Of a stretch of DNA of 64,000 nt, positions 11,209 through 21,367 are shown piece by piece. The DNA is from an uncultured Methanosarcinaceae archaeon. Lineage in GTDB: Archaea > Halobacteriota > Methanosarcinia > Methanosarcinales > Methanosarcinaceae. Position numbers and translations under genes: made by a program. Within the stretch, counting starts at the first letter, position 1; every line of letters begins with the position of its first letter. Location of the stretch: contig CAVRJG010000045.1 in NCBI GenBank assembly GCA_963721455.1, forward strand, positions 64,001-128,000, given 5' to 3'. The notes below the pieces were generated by a model, which was not told the origin of the DNA, made no database searches, and saw only the letters and a program-made list of their open reading frames with translations.

Positions 11209-11538
11209 ATGACCGATTTACCTGATGAGATCTTCCGGAGATGGACACACTCCTTTGAGGAAGATGCGAATGGGATAACTGTGTATAGGCCAGTTGAGTA
11301 CGAGTTTCCGCGAGCTCGCGGCCGGGGAGGAATCGAGTTCAGGCCTGATGGGTTGTTCATCGATTGGGAAATTGGCCCTACTGATGCCTCCCGTGGAATT
11401 AATGGACGCTGGAAGGTGGAGGATCCTGGACGTGTGCGTGTATCTTTCGAAGGTAATGTTCGGGAGCCTCGAATCCTGGAAATTCTTCAGTGTGACGCGG
11501 AGATATTGAAAGTGCGGGAGCTGCCAGCATCTTCCTGA
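11209..11538 (+). CDS. Hypothetical protein in protease cluster
   Basis: 109-aa ORF (WTHSFEED...FPRARGR.GIEF) co-directional between two peptidases. Confidence 0.7.
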   Translation: MTDLPDEIFRRWTHSFEEDANGITVYRPVEYEFPRARGRGGIEFRPDGLFIDWEIGPTDASRGINGRWKVEDPGRVRVSFEGNVREPRILEILQCDAEILKVRELPASS

Positions 11539-11559
11539 TCTGTACATGGTGGTGAGATT

Positions 11560-12813
11560 ACGGGGAAGTACATAGTACTCTCGGATTCAAGCGAAAAGAG
11601 CCGTGCTGAGGAATCGGCAAGGAATTTCGGAGCGCACTGGGCCCGTCTGGGGGATAAGACTGTAGAATGGACCGCTTCTGAAGAATGGGATGCTTTCGCC
11701 AATAAAGCCAGACAGGCAGGCATGAGCCTCGACCAGGCAGAAGGTTGCGAGCTGGTAGGCCAGCTTTACCTTGTCATCCAGACTGGAAGGGCATTCCAGG
11801 ACACATATCCGGAAGCCAGGATAGTCATCGAAAAAGGCCGCTATTTAGTGGTCGACTTGCTCCCCGAAGAAGTACGCCTTTTCGCTGAAAGCAAGGATGA
11901 TTGGTGGACAGTGCGCCCGCTGGCAATGGACAGCGTGATTATGGATATAGTAAAACCTGAAGCCAGGGCGGCCGTTCCCCGGGTACAGGCAAATATTGAG
12001 GCTATATCAGAATCTACGTACAGTTCTTACCTGATCTCGCTGGTGAATTTCCTGACTCGTCATTCCCTGAGCTCCCAATTTGCCAGCGCAGCAGCGTGGG
12101 CGGTAGATCAGTTACAGAGCCTTGGTTACCAGGTGAAACTGTATCCAATCAATATTGGAGAAGGCAGTAGCTATAATGTCGTGGCAGACCGTCAGGGTAG
12201 TGAAAGTGGATCCCGTAAACTGGTGCTTGTCATTGCTCACCTGGATTCGATTAACATAAGAGGCGGGGAGAATGCGCCTGCTCCAGGTGCAGACGACAAT
12301 GCAAGCGGTGCTGCGGGAGTTCTGGAGATCGCACGCGTGCTTGCTGAGCATCCTGCAAAACATGACCTGAGGCTCATCCTTTTTGGCGGGGAGGAAGAAG
12401 GACTTCATGGGAGCAAACAATATGTCAGAGGGTTGCCAGAAAATGAACGCGCCCGTATTAGTGCAGTTATCAATATGGATATGGTTGCGACCTTAAATAC
12501 CGCATCTCAAGCTGTCCTGCTCGAGGGAGCCCCAGTTTCCCGGAATCTAATGGAAGAACTTGCAGGAGCTGCTGCCACATACACATCACTGACTGTCCAG
12601 ACATCAGAAAGCCCATTCGGAAGTGATCATGTACCTTTCATCGATGAGCTTATCCCTGCGGTTCTCACGATCGAGGGAACTGATAGCTCAAATGCCAATA
12701 TCCATACTGCTAATGACATGCTTGATCACATCCACTACGGACTCGCGCTGGACATTATTCGGATGAATCTCGCTGTTACTTCGAAGCTTCTTGATGGTCC
12801 GCAGATACCCTAA
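11560..12813 (+). CDS. M28 family zinc aminopeptidase-like peptidase (start uncertain: ACG 11560 or ATG 11722)
   Basis: AHLDS, PGADDNASG, GEEEGL.GS, NMDM, SDH and IHT..D motifs. Confidence 0.88.
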   Translation, partial: TGKYIVLSDSSEKSRAEESARNFGAHWARLGDKTVEWTASEEWDAFANKARQAGMSLDQAEGCELVGQLYLVIQTGRAFQDTYPEARIVIEKGRYLVVDLLPEEVRLFAESKDDWWTVRPLAMDSVIMDIVKPEARAAVPRVQANIEAISESTYSSYLISLVNFLTRHSLSSQFASAAAWAVDQLQSLGYQVKLYPINIGEGSSYNVVADRQGSESGSRKLVLVIAHLDSINIRGGENAPAPGADDNASGAAGVLEIARVLAEHPAKHDLRLILFGGEEEGLHGSKQYVRGLPENERARISAVINMDMVATLNTASQAVLLEGAPVSRNLMEELAGAAATYTSLTVQTSESPFGSDHVPFIDELIPAVLTIEGTDSSNANIHTANDMLDHIHYGLALDIIRMNLAVTSKLLDGPQIP

Positions 12814-13069
12814 ATTTCTGTCTGGACCAGAGGCAGCATCCCAGGCTTACATGGCACGGCACCAGGAAGTGCAGACAGGGCAGAAAACCAGAAAGGGCTG
12901 TGGTATTTTAATGCCCTGGAAAAGTAGCGGCCGATTATTAATAGACTGTAAAAAACGGTAAAGACCATAATTCTTCTTTTAAAATAATAACATGAGAGCA
13001 GGCGTATTTTGTTATAAAGTATCAAAAAATAATAAATCAAAAAATAAATCGAAAAGAGTGGGGTATGAA

Positions 13070-14044
13070 ATGATTGGTATGGCAGCTGCTTATGAAAAGG
13101 TGAAAATTCCGGAAACTGGACAGACTTTTGGGACTGGTTGGCTCCCTCCGTTACCGGACTTAAGAGATTACACAGAAGTAACTACAAAAGAAGATGCAAA
13201 GATTCCCGATATGGCAGAAAAACTCGGCATCCAGCCCTTCACAAAGAAATTTGAAGCCCCGGAATTGCCCACGTTGGTAGATCTCAGGAATTGGTGTTCA
13301 CCGATTGAAAACCAGATGGATCTGGGCTCCTGTACTGCCCACGCATGTGTAGGAGTAATTGAGTACTTCGAGCGGCGGGCCTTTGGGAATTATATTAATG
13401 GGTCAAGGCTTTTTGTCTACAAGACGACCAGAAACCTGATGGGAGTCAAGGGAGATACCGGGGCCTGGCTCCGGAATACCATAGCCGCAATAGCCTTTTG
13501 CGGTGTCCCGCCCGAAAAATATCATCCTTATACTGACAGGAAAACCCCGGGACAGGCGGGGGAACCGACCTTTGATGAAGAACCCTCAAACTTTGCATAT
13601 TCGCTTGCCGACAATTTCGAAGCCATGAAGTATTTCTGCCACGACCCGCAGGGCATGAATTTCCCACCCGCAGATGTCCTTTTCAGCGTGAAAAAGTATC
13701 TTGCGGCAGGGATACCCTCAATGTTCGGCTTTTTTGGGTTTCCCTCCTTCAACGATTCAGATGTCAAAGGCGGATTCCCCTTCCCTGGACCCAAAGAGAA
13801 GGCAATATGGGGCCACGCAGTCGTTGCTGTCGGATATGACAATAACATGAAAATCAAAAATAGACTCAGCGACAAGGAAACCATCGGTGCCCTCCTGATC
13901 CGCAACTCATGGGGCCCAGGCTGGGGAGACCAGGGATATGGCTGGCTGCCCTATGAATACGTCCTGAACAAATTTGCAGTGGACTTCTGGTCTCTTATCT
14001 CAATGAACTGGATTGACACAGGGAATTTCGGGCTTGAACTTTGA
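13070..14044 (+). CDS. C1A papain-family cysteine protease
   Basis: VDLR..CSPIENQ..LGSCTAH, GHAVVAVGY, IRNSWG..WG..GY. Confidence 0.92.
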   Translation: MIGMAAAYEKVKIPETGQTFGTGWLPPLPDLRDYTEVTTKEDAKIPDMAEKLGIQPFTKKFEAPELPTLVDLRNWCSPIENQMDLGSCTAHACVGVIEYFERRAFGNYINGSRLFVYKTTRNLMGVKGDTGAWLRNTIAAIAFCGVPPEKYHPYTDRKTPGQAGEPTFDEEPSNFAYSLADNFEAMKYFCHDPQGMNFPPADVLFSVKKYLAAGIPSMFGFFGFPSFNDSDVKGGFPFPGPKEKAIWGHAVVAVGYDNNMKIKNRLSDKETIGALLIRNSWGPGWGDQGYGWLPYEYVLNKFAVDFWSLISMNWIDTGNFGLEL

Positions 14045-14473
14045 AGGTTCCAGACCATTGAGCTTGCAAAACCCGGTGAATATGTATCGAACATAAAAAG
14101 GCTGGATCGTCCGGAGCAATTGGAGAGATCTATCCTGTCGAAGCAACTCATTTATTCAGGAGACCGCAAGAATTCAGGAGACCACAAGAGAGCTCCTGAT
14201 AAAACGATCTTCACACAGTTTCCGGATCAGAACCACGCATCTGGACCGCGCTCGAGATAATTGCATTTGGAAAAAACGGTGGTATGATCCATGAATCCAT
14301 GAGATGTGCTGATGATAATGGGATGCATAAGGTGGAAACATGCGAACTTTGCGGAAGCGGCTGAGGATATAAGTTTCTTGCCGCTGCTTTTCTTAGAAGT
14401 AGAGATCTGAATAAATTCAGGGAGGAATTTTGCGATAATACTTAACAATCAGGATCAGGGCCGTACTGTAGAA

Positions 14474-14740
14474 GTGGAGGCTCAAAGTGTCGTGACTGTA
14501 CGCCTGGATGAAAATCCCACTACAGGCTACCGATGGAAAGTGGAGGCCGCCGAAGGATTGGAAATGGTAGGTGACAGTTTCGAGAAAGCTGGCGATGCAA
14601 TTGGTGCAGGGGGCGTGCGAGTATTCCAGTTTCGCGCATCAGAAGCTGGACCTCACAGGCTTAGCATTAGAAAATGGCGTGATTGGGAAGGAGAAAGTTC
14701 GATAATAGAGCGCTTTTACGCTACTATCGTGGTGAAGTGA
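14474..14740 (+). CDS. Chagasin/I42 family cysteine-protease inhibitor (start may lie slightly upstream)
   Basis: L.ENPTTGYRW, GAGG, R.WE motifs. Confidence 0.88.
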   Translation: MEAQSVVTVRLDENPTTGYRWKVEAAEGLEMVGDSFEKAGDAIGAGGVRVFQFRASEAGPHRLSIRKWRDWEGESSIIERFYATIVVK

Positions 14741-14969
14741 ATTTGATCCTGGGGTAGGCCTGCAAACGGATCTGAAGGAGAACGTTTTCCTCAATGTGGA
14801 TACAGCAATTCCCCTCGGAATTATTATCAATGAACCCGTTTCCAATTCGTAAAAAAATAAGAGTTCATCCTTGCTGAATTCTGGTTTGCAACCGAATATT
14901 TAAAAATAACCGGATTATATAACAGAGTTATAATTCTATTTTTATATCACCTTATCTAAATAATCACTT

Positions 14970-16895
14970 ATGCCAGCAGAAAGCAAAAATACCGATCCTT
15001 TCAAGGAACTTAAATGGAGTGATCTCCAGGATTGGGCTGGAGGGAAAGCCACTGCAAAGGGGATCAAGTACCAGGAAGAGGAACGGGTAAAAGAGATTAA
15101 ACGCACCTCCGAAGGCAGCCTGGTAGCCCGGGTAGAGGGGACAATAGAGTATTTCACAGAAGTTTCCCTGGAAAACGGAAAACTAAGTTCGATCTGCACC
15201 TGCCCTGTTGGACATGACTGCAAACACGGAGTTGCAGCCGTACTTGAATATCTCGAACGCATAGAGCAGGGAGAAGAAGTTCCGGTTATTGCCGAAGAAG
15301 ACCCGCTTATTGCAAGAGCCAGACGAGGATATGCAGGAGCTGAAACTTCCGGAGCCTATGAGGCAGGGGAATCTTCACGGGCTCTCCGCGAGTATCTGGA
15401 ACAGCTGGAAAAACCGGAATTAATCGAGATATTGATAGCATTTGCAAAAAAAGATGCCATGCTTGGCAGGTACCTGAGAGACCGGCAGAACCTTGCATCA
15501 GAAAATGCGGACGGAATTATTGGGGGCATCTATTCCGAACTGGACGAGCTCTGGAGAGAAACAGGGGGCTATGATTTCTGGAATTATGAAGGCGAGGATG
15601 TGCCTGATTTTTCAGACGTGCAGGTTCGGCTGGAAAGCCTGCTTGATTCAGGCCACCCTGACGAGCTGCTGGATATCGGAAAAGAGCTCATGGACAGGTA
15701 TGAAAGAATTGAGGAATATGACGAAGAAGGGGAAATAGGAACAAAAATATCCAGCTGCATGGACGTGGTGTTCAGAGCCTTATCTCAATCCTCTCTTCCT
15801 GCACATGAGAAAATGCTTTATGCCCTTGAAATTGAGCTAAAAGACAATTACAACATTCTTAATGAACAGACTTTCTGGAAAGAAGATTTTACTCAGGAAG
15901 AGTGGAGGCTGTTTGCAGAAGCCCTTAAAATTCGGTTGCAGGAAGCTGAAAGGGCAGGAAATCTTCTGTACGACTCATCCTGGGAGCGGGATTATGTTGT
16001 TGACAGGCTTATCGATGCCCTGAGAAAATCCGGGCTTTCTGAAGAGGTTATCCCGATCTGTGAGCTCGAAGCCGAAAGAACAGGCAATTATGTAAGGCTT
16101 GTCAGAGAACTGCTCGGTTCCGGACAGAAAGAGAAAGCAGAAAAATGGATTTATAGGGGAATCAAAGAAACCAGGGAAGATAAACCTGGAACTGCCTACA
16201 AACTTCTGCAGCTCCTCCTTGAAATTAAAGAAAACGAAGGAAACTGGCTTTTTGTAACTGCCCTTGAAACAGAAGAGTTTTTCAGGTTTCCCCAGCTGGC
16301 CAGCTATACTGGGATGCAGAAAGCAGCCGGAAAAATCGGAAAATGGCAGGAGATCCGGGAAGCTGCTCTCCAGTACCTGAGAAACGGAGAACTCCCGGCC
16401 AGCGATGCCAAAATTACGGAAGAAACTTCAATCCTTCCTGGTATTCTTCCGAAAACAGGGCTGCTGGAGGTTGGCTCATTAAGAAAAATTAAACCTCCCG
16501 CCCTTGACCTGTTAATACAAATAGCTATTCAAGAAAATGATGCTGAAGAAGTGGTCCGCTGGTATGAGGAGCTTAAAAAAAGCAAAGGTGAAGCCGAAAG
16601 ATACTGGAATTCCATCTCAGAAAATGAAATTGCAAATGCAGTAAAGGGCAAATATCCTGAAATTGCAATTGAGATCTGGAAAAAACTTGCAGAAAATCTG
16701 ATCTCCGAAACAAAAGTAAGCTCATATGAAGTAGCATCAGTACACATCCGGAAAGTAAAGGAGGCACTGCAAGCCATTGGAAAAAAAGAAGAGTGGGAAG
16801 CCTATCTCAGGGAGCTAAGGGAAGTTAACAGGCGCAAAAGAAAGCTGCTTGAAATTCTGGATATGCTGGGAGAAGACCGGATAATCAGCAAGTGA
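14970..16895 (+). CDS. SWIM zinc-finger domain helical protein
   Basis: CTCPVGHDCKHGVAAVL SWIM motif. Confidence 0.85.
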   Translation: MPAESKNTDPFKELKWSDLQDWAGGKATAKGIKYQEEERVKEIKRTSEGSLVARVEGTIEYFTEVSLENGKLSSICTCPVGHDCKHGVAAVLEYLERIEQGEEVPVIAEEDPLIARARRGYAGAETSGAYEAGESSRALREYLEQLEKPELIEILIAFAKKDAMLGRYLRDRQNLASENADGIIGGIYSELDELWRETGGYDFWNYEGEDVPDFSDVQVRLESLLDSGHPDELLDIGKELMDRYERIEEYDEEGEIGTKISSCMDVVFRALSQSSLPAHEKMLYALEIELKDNYNILNEQTFWKEDFTQEEWRLFAEALKIRLQEAERAGNLLYDSSWERDYVVDRLIDALRKSGLSEEVIPICELEAERTGNYVRLVRELLGSGQKEKAEKWIYRGIKETREDKPGTAYKLLQLLLEIKENEGNWLFVTALETEEFFRFPQLASYTGMQKAAGKIGKWQEIREAALQYLRNGELPASDAKITEETSILPGILPKTGLLEVGSLRKIKPPALDLLIQIAIQENDAEEVVRWYEELKKSKGEAERYWNSISENEIANAVKGKYPEIAIEIWKKLAENLISETKVSSYEVASVHIRKVKEALQAIGKKEEWEAYLRELREVNRRKRKLLEILDMLGEDRIISK

Positions 16896-17107
16896 AAGGA
16901 GAACAAAAAGGCAGTGTAGCAGGTAAAACGGAGCTGTGAGATGGGTAAGAGTAAGTTTATATATATATAATAACATAAATAAAAATTGAGTTGGATTAAC
17001 TCGGATTCTAAATCCCGAATATGCTTCAAAAATACTGATCTTAATGGAATAGTATGGAAAAGTATAGAAAAAAGTAAGGAAAAAACGAAATAAGGGAGCT
17101 ATAAAAT

Positions 17108-17287
17108 ATGCCAGCAAAAGTCAACAAAGAAGAATGTACAGCCTGCGGAACCTGTGTGGAAGAATGTCCTGTAGAAGCAATCATTATTGATGAGGATAAA
17201 GGTTGTGCAGTTGTAGACGAAGACGAATGTGTAGACTGTGGAGCCTGTGAAGAAGCTTGCCCCGTACAGGCTATAAAAGTTGAATGA
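17108..17287 (+). CDS. 2[4Fe-4S] ferredoxin (not in ORF track)
   Basis: [21 protein letters not shown]...[20 protein letters not shown], 59 aa. Confidence 0.95.
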   Translation: MPAKVNKEECTACGTCVEECPVEAIIIDEDKGCAVVDEDECVDCGACEEACPVQAIKVE

Positions 17288-17386
17288 CCTGAAAGAGCCG
17301 GAATTGTATATTTCAAAGTTCATTCTGTGGACGAAACTTGAAATATTCGGGAGAATGGGGAAAAGGTCCGGGTCAAGGAGACCCTT

Positions 17387-17863
17387 TCAGCGTTTGAAAG
17401 CAGCTTCCCATTCCGATTTTCTATTTTTTATAAATCGCCTGTTTGCTCCGCTTGAAGAGGGAAGAACTCTTGTTTCATACCCCATTTCCCTTAGAATCGG
17501 GTCATATTTCCCTGATTTTTTGCCATTGAAACAGATCAGCCTTAGCTTTGGGGCTATTTCTTTCAATATTGAAAATTGATTTATTTCTTCGTCTCTTATC
17601 TTTGAGTCCCCGCTTCCGTCTCTTTTTCCGGCTTTAAACACATCCCAGAGGCCTATCCTGTGGTTCATCAGGGTCTCGAGCCTGTTTTTATAATCCATAC
17701 CCTGAAGGTCTTCTCCGATAATGCTGCCGAGCAGCCTCCAGAAGTCATTGCCGGGATGCCCGTAGTACTGATGCTTCCTGATAGATACATCTCCCGGAAG
17801 GGACCCGAGAATCAGGATTTCAGTGTTTTCGTCAACTACTGCCTGGAAACCTTGCTTTTTCAT
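17387..17863 (-). CDS. UDG family 6 hypoxanthine (deoxyinosine)-DNA glycosylase
   Basis: LILGSLPG..S...QYYGHPGNDFW, GLWDV, FNG, LPSSSGAN. Confidence 0.88.
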   Translation of the reverse strand: MKKQGFQAVVDENTEILILGSLPGDVSIRKHQYYGHPGNDFWRLLGSIIGEDLQGMDYKNRLETLMNHRIGLWDVFKAGKRDGSGDSKIRDEEINQFSILKEIAPKLRLICFNGKKSGKYDPILREMGYETRVLPSSSGANRRFIKNRKSEWEAAFKR

Positions 17864-17914
17864 TCTTTAAGGAAGCTGGAACTTAAGATTATTTTAAGTT
17901 TTGGGAAAAAAATT

Positions 17915-18706
17915 TTAAATTTGAGTGATCTGTTCTGACATATCCCTGTAATAGTTGAAAAGTTCCTGTCCCCAGGCAAGGGCGCTTTTCTCAAAGCTCA
18001 CCATCTCATGATTATAGTATCTTCCCTCTTTAGAGATCATGGATAGGGAGATGAAACGATCGGTAACAATACTGGAAGCAAGCTCAATTTTATGGTAGCA
18101 GACAAAGAGGCGCGTGTTTTCCATATTTATGAACTCTTCTACCTCTCCCCTGTAGTCGGAAATTAGCTTTTCATATATTGCCCCCTCCAGAACAAGTGAA
18201 ACTTCGATCCCTCTTTTTGCAAGGTCCAGATAGAGCCCCGGATAACCTGGGCGGAAAAACGAAGAAACTTCCATAACTGTCCTGGACCTGTAAAGCGGGT
18301 CCATAATTTCAGGAGGGTAATCGAAGATATGGGTTCTGTCAGGTACAAGCTCCTTACAGCTGCCAAGCTCTCCGATCCGGTCCAGCAGGTGAGGAGGAAG
18401 AGTCCGCAAATCCTGTCTTGCCCAGTAATCGTGGTTTTCATCAAAGACCTGAAAAGTAAATAGAAGAAGCTCCATTTTGGGGACAATAAGCTTTCCTTTT
18501 ACCGAGAGCTCGTAACTAGCTCCATTTTGCACCAGCAGCCCGTCCTTGAGCAGGATACGGATCTGGGCCATAATAGGGCTGGAGCTGACTTCAAGTCCGG
18601 TCTTAATTTCCTCAATTGTTTTTGGCCCGTCCTTCAGGAGTAGAAGCAGATTTTTCCTTTTGTCCGAAAAAAAAATTGTATCTATTAACTGCAGTTCCGT
18701 ACTCAT
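17915..18706 (-). CDS. Methanol-specific regulator (ArsR-like wHTH + DUF1724), MsrB-like
   Basis: FFSDKRKNLLLLL..GPKT..EI and C-terminal WGQELF.YY; tandem with paralogue upstream of mtaCB. Confidence 0.8.
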   Translation of the reverse strand: MSTELQLIDTIFFSDKRKNLLLLLKDGPKTIEEIKTGLEVSSSPIMAQIRILLKDGLLVQNGASYELSVKGKLIVPKMELLLFTFQVFDENHDYWARQDLRTLPPHLLDRIGELGSCKELVPDRTHIFDYPPEIMDPLYRSRTVMEVSSFFRPGYPGLYLDLAKRGIEVSLVLEGAIYEKLISDYRGEVEEFINMENTRLFVCYHKIELASSIVTDRFISLSMISKEGRYYNHEMVSFEKSALAWGQELFNYYRDMSEQITQI

Positions 18707-18780
18707 TCGATTTAACCACCTGAAAGAAATTCTGGAGTTATATCTGGAATTTGATTGGTATCTAACTCGAAAACTCAAAT

Positions 18781-18820
18781 TTGCATAAAGCGTACCTTAT
18801 TTGCATAAAGCGTGCCTTAT
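18781..18820. repeat. 20-bp direct repeat x2 between the two msr genes
   Basis: ttgcataaagcgt(a/g)ccttat twice. Confidence 0.85.
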
Positions 18821-18823
18821 ATC

Positions 18824-19678
18824 TCAGTGCAGGCTGAGCAACATTGATTCCGAAAAAGCTTCGTTTTCGGTTGTACAGACCAGATTATCAATACATTTTT
18901 CGCTTTCTATCTGCCAGGATCTTGATTTATAGAACTCGAAAAGCTCCTTTGCCCAGTTTATGGCCTCAGGTTCGGAACATGAAATATAATCGTGATAGAA
19001 CCTTCCATTACTGTCAAAGAAAGAGATTACCATTCCACGGTCTGATACGAACAGTTCAGCCAACTTGACCCCATTGTTGCAGATAAAAAGCTCGGTATTC
19101 TGCAGCCTGGCAAGTTTCCTTATTTTCCTTTCATAGTTGTGCAGAATCTTTTCGAGTACCGACTCAGTGAAAAGAAGGGTAACGTCTGATTCCAGCCTTC
19201 CGAGCTTTGAGTACAGGGGAAGGAATTCAGGCCTGTAGAAGGATGAGAATACCATAAGATAACTTGAAGACGAGAAGAAATTCAAAAGTTCCATACTTGG
19301 TTCAAAAATCTGGCTTGGGTCGGCTTCAACCAGCTTGCAGTCCTTCAGGTCCCCTATTCTGTCGAGAAGATGCTGAGGAATTCCACTGAGGTCATGTTCG
19401 ATCCAGTAATTATCTCGTTCGAGCAAAGTAAGAACGTTGACAAGGGATTGAGCTTTTTTAAAGACCTGATTTCCCATATCTGTCAATTCGTAGCTGCCAT
19501 TTTTGTGAATAACCAGGTCACTGTCTGTAAGCCTTTTGATCTGGGGCAAGATAGCCGTGGGAGAAACATCAAGGAGGGTCTTAATTTCTTCCATTGTCCT
19601 TGGTTCCTCTCCCAGGAGTAAAAGGAGGTCTCTTCTTTTCGGGGAACGAAATACGACATCTATCAACTCAGGTTGCAT
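18824..19678 (-). CDS. Methanol-specific regulator (ArsR-like wHTH + DUF1724), MsrA-like
   Basis: FRSPKRRDLLLLL, ILPQIKRL, WAKELF; divergent from mtaC. Confidence 0.8.
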   Translation of the reverse strand: MQPELIDVVFRSPKRRDLLLLLGEEPRTMEEIKTLLDVSPTAILPQIKRLTDSDLVIHKNGSYELTDMGNQVFKKAQSLVNVLTLLERDNYWIEHDLSGIPQHLLDRIGDLKDCKLVEADPSQIFEPSMELLNFFSSSSYLMVFSSFYRPEFLPLYSKLGRLESDVTLLFTESVLEKILHNYERKIRKLARLQNTELFICNNGVKLAELFVSDRGMVISFFDSNGRFYHDYISCSEPEAINWAKELFEFYKSRSWQIESEKCIDNLVCTTENEAFSESMLLSLH

Positions 19679-20580
19679 TCAAAATCACTCCTATCGCGTT
19701 TTTCTGTAAATATAGAATATCTGCATCATGTGACACTAAAAAATCCGCACAAAGGGGAATGAAAATTCGAGTTCCGGTCTGTTCGTGTACGACCCGAATA
19801 GGAGGAAAAGTTTGTGCCATATATTGGAGATAGTCGATATGCCCATTTATATAAAAGAATTTGGATGAATAATTTCAAACGTAAGAGAATCTAGACAACA
19901 TAATATAAAGAGTTTAGAAGAATTATCGAATTTCAATGAAAACGATATCACTGGCCAGAGTTTAGAGTTGCCGACACTTTAACTGAGCAAATAAGCAAGA
20001 TACGTAAAATTGAAAGAGTACATTACGAACATTGAAATTTTTGACAGGCTTTATCTGAATAATAATATTGTTTAAAAAAAGATCGAATGTTTCGAAGATA
20101 TAAAGTTTAAAAAAAGTTGATAACTTTAGCTAATTTGCCTCAAAAATTTAAAGCTTGTTTATCAGGAAAAAGAGAGCAAAAAATTTCTGAGCACGAAGTA
20201 GAGCAATCGCCCCAAAATTTCAGACCCCATATTGCCATGTAAAAACCATGAAAAAATTTCCGTCGGTTATGGTATATGTGATGATTTCCCCTAATTATGC
20301 TGTGTAAGCGTGTCGGTATTACAGATACGCAAACCAATCAAAAAGGTAAAAGTTCCGGCGAAGAAGGAGAGATTCTTTCGCAGGTATATACCAGGGAAAA
20401 ATCCGGAGATCGAATCCGATAAATACGGATGCGCTGCGGTCTTTCCAGGGCTGAACACCACCGAAAGAAAAAGCTTCACGGAGGTAAAGCCGGAACCTCA
20501 CGATGCCGAATATGTCCGGGAATGCAGACCTGGAACGGTGACGACCTTTTTGCCAAAAACTAAAACGGAGGTTTATAAAT

Positions 20581-21357
20581 ATGTTGGACTTTACAGAGGC
20601 AAGTCTGAAAAAGGTATTAACCAGGTACAATGTGGCTCTGGAAAAGGCGATGACGCCTGAAGATGCCGCAGAAGAGATCTATCCTAAAGACGAATTAATT
20701 TACCCGATTGCAAAAGCTATCTTCGAAGGAGAAGAAGATGACGTTATCGAGGGTCTCCAGGCAGCAATGGATGCAGGCAAGGACCCGATTGCCCTTATCG
20801 ACGATGCTCTCATGGTCGGTATGGGTGTTGTCACAAAGCTCTACGACGAAGGTGTCATTTTCCTGCCGAACGTCATGATGTCTGCTGATGCGATGCTGAA
20901 CGGTATCGAGTTCTGTAAGGAAAACTCCGAAACTGCCCATGAAACCAAGGGAACCGTTGTCTGCCATGTTGCAGAAGGTGACGTCCACGACATCGGAAAG
21001 AACATCGTTACAGCTCTCCTCAGGGCAAACGGCTACGATGTAGTTGACCTGGGAAGGGACGTTCCTGTGGACGAAGTTATTGCAGCAGTTATTGCAAACA
21101 AGCCCCTCATGGTCACAGGTACTGCACTCATGACCACCACCATGTATGCATTCAAGGAAGTTAATGACAAGCTCCTCGAAAAGGGAATAAAGATCCCATT
21201 CGCATGCGGTGGCGGCGCAGTTAACCAGGACTTCGTGTCCCAGTATGCACTCGGTGTGTACGGTGAAGAAGCCGCTGACGCCCCCAAGATTGCTGACGCA
21301 ATCGTTGCAGGTACCACAGATATCGCAGCATTAAGAGAGAAATTCCACAAGCACTGA
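20581..21357 (+). CDS. mtaC: Methanol corrinoid protein
   Basis: MLDFTEASLKKVLTRYNVALEK, EGDVHDIGKNIV B12-binding motif. Confidence 0.97.
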   Translation: MLDFTEASLKKVLTRYNVALEKAMTPEDAAEEIYPKDELIYPIAKAIFEGEEDDVIEGLQAAMDAGKDPIALIDDALMVGMGVVTKLYDEGVIFLPNVMMSADAMLNGIEFCKENSETAHETKGTVVCHVAEGDVHDIGKNIVTALLRANGYDVVDLGRDVPVDEVIAAVIANKPLMVTGTALMTTTMYAFKEVNDKLLEKGIKIPFACGGGAVNQDFVSQYALGVYGEEAADAPKIADAIVAGTTDIAALREKFHKH

Positions 21358-21367
21358 GGTGAAAAAA

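Noticed and set aside
17041-17323. Minus-strand ORFs at 17041-17323
   Set aside because: Shadow of the plus-strand ferredoxin at 17108-17287
20310-20660. ORFs upstream of mtaC
   Set aside because: No motifs; the region more likely represents the long 5' leader known for mtaCB operons
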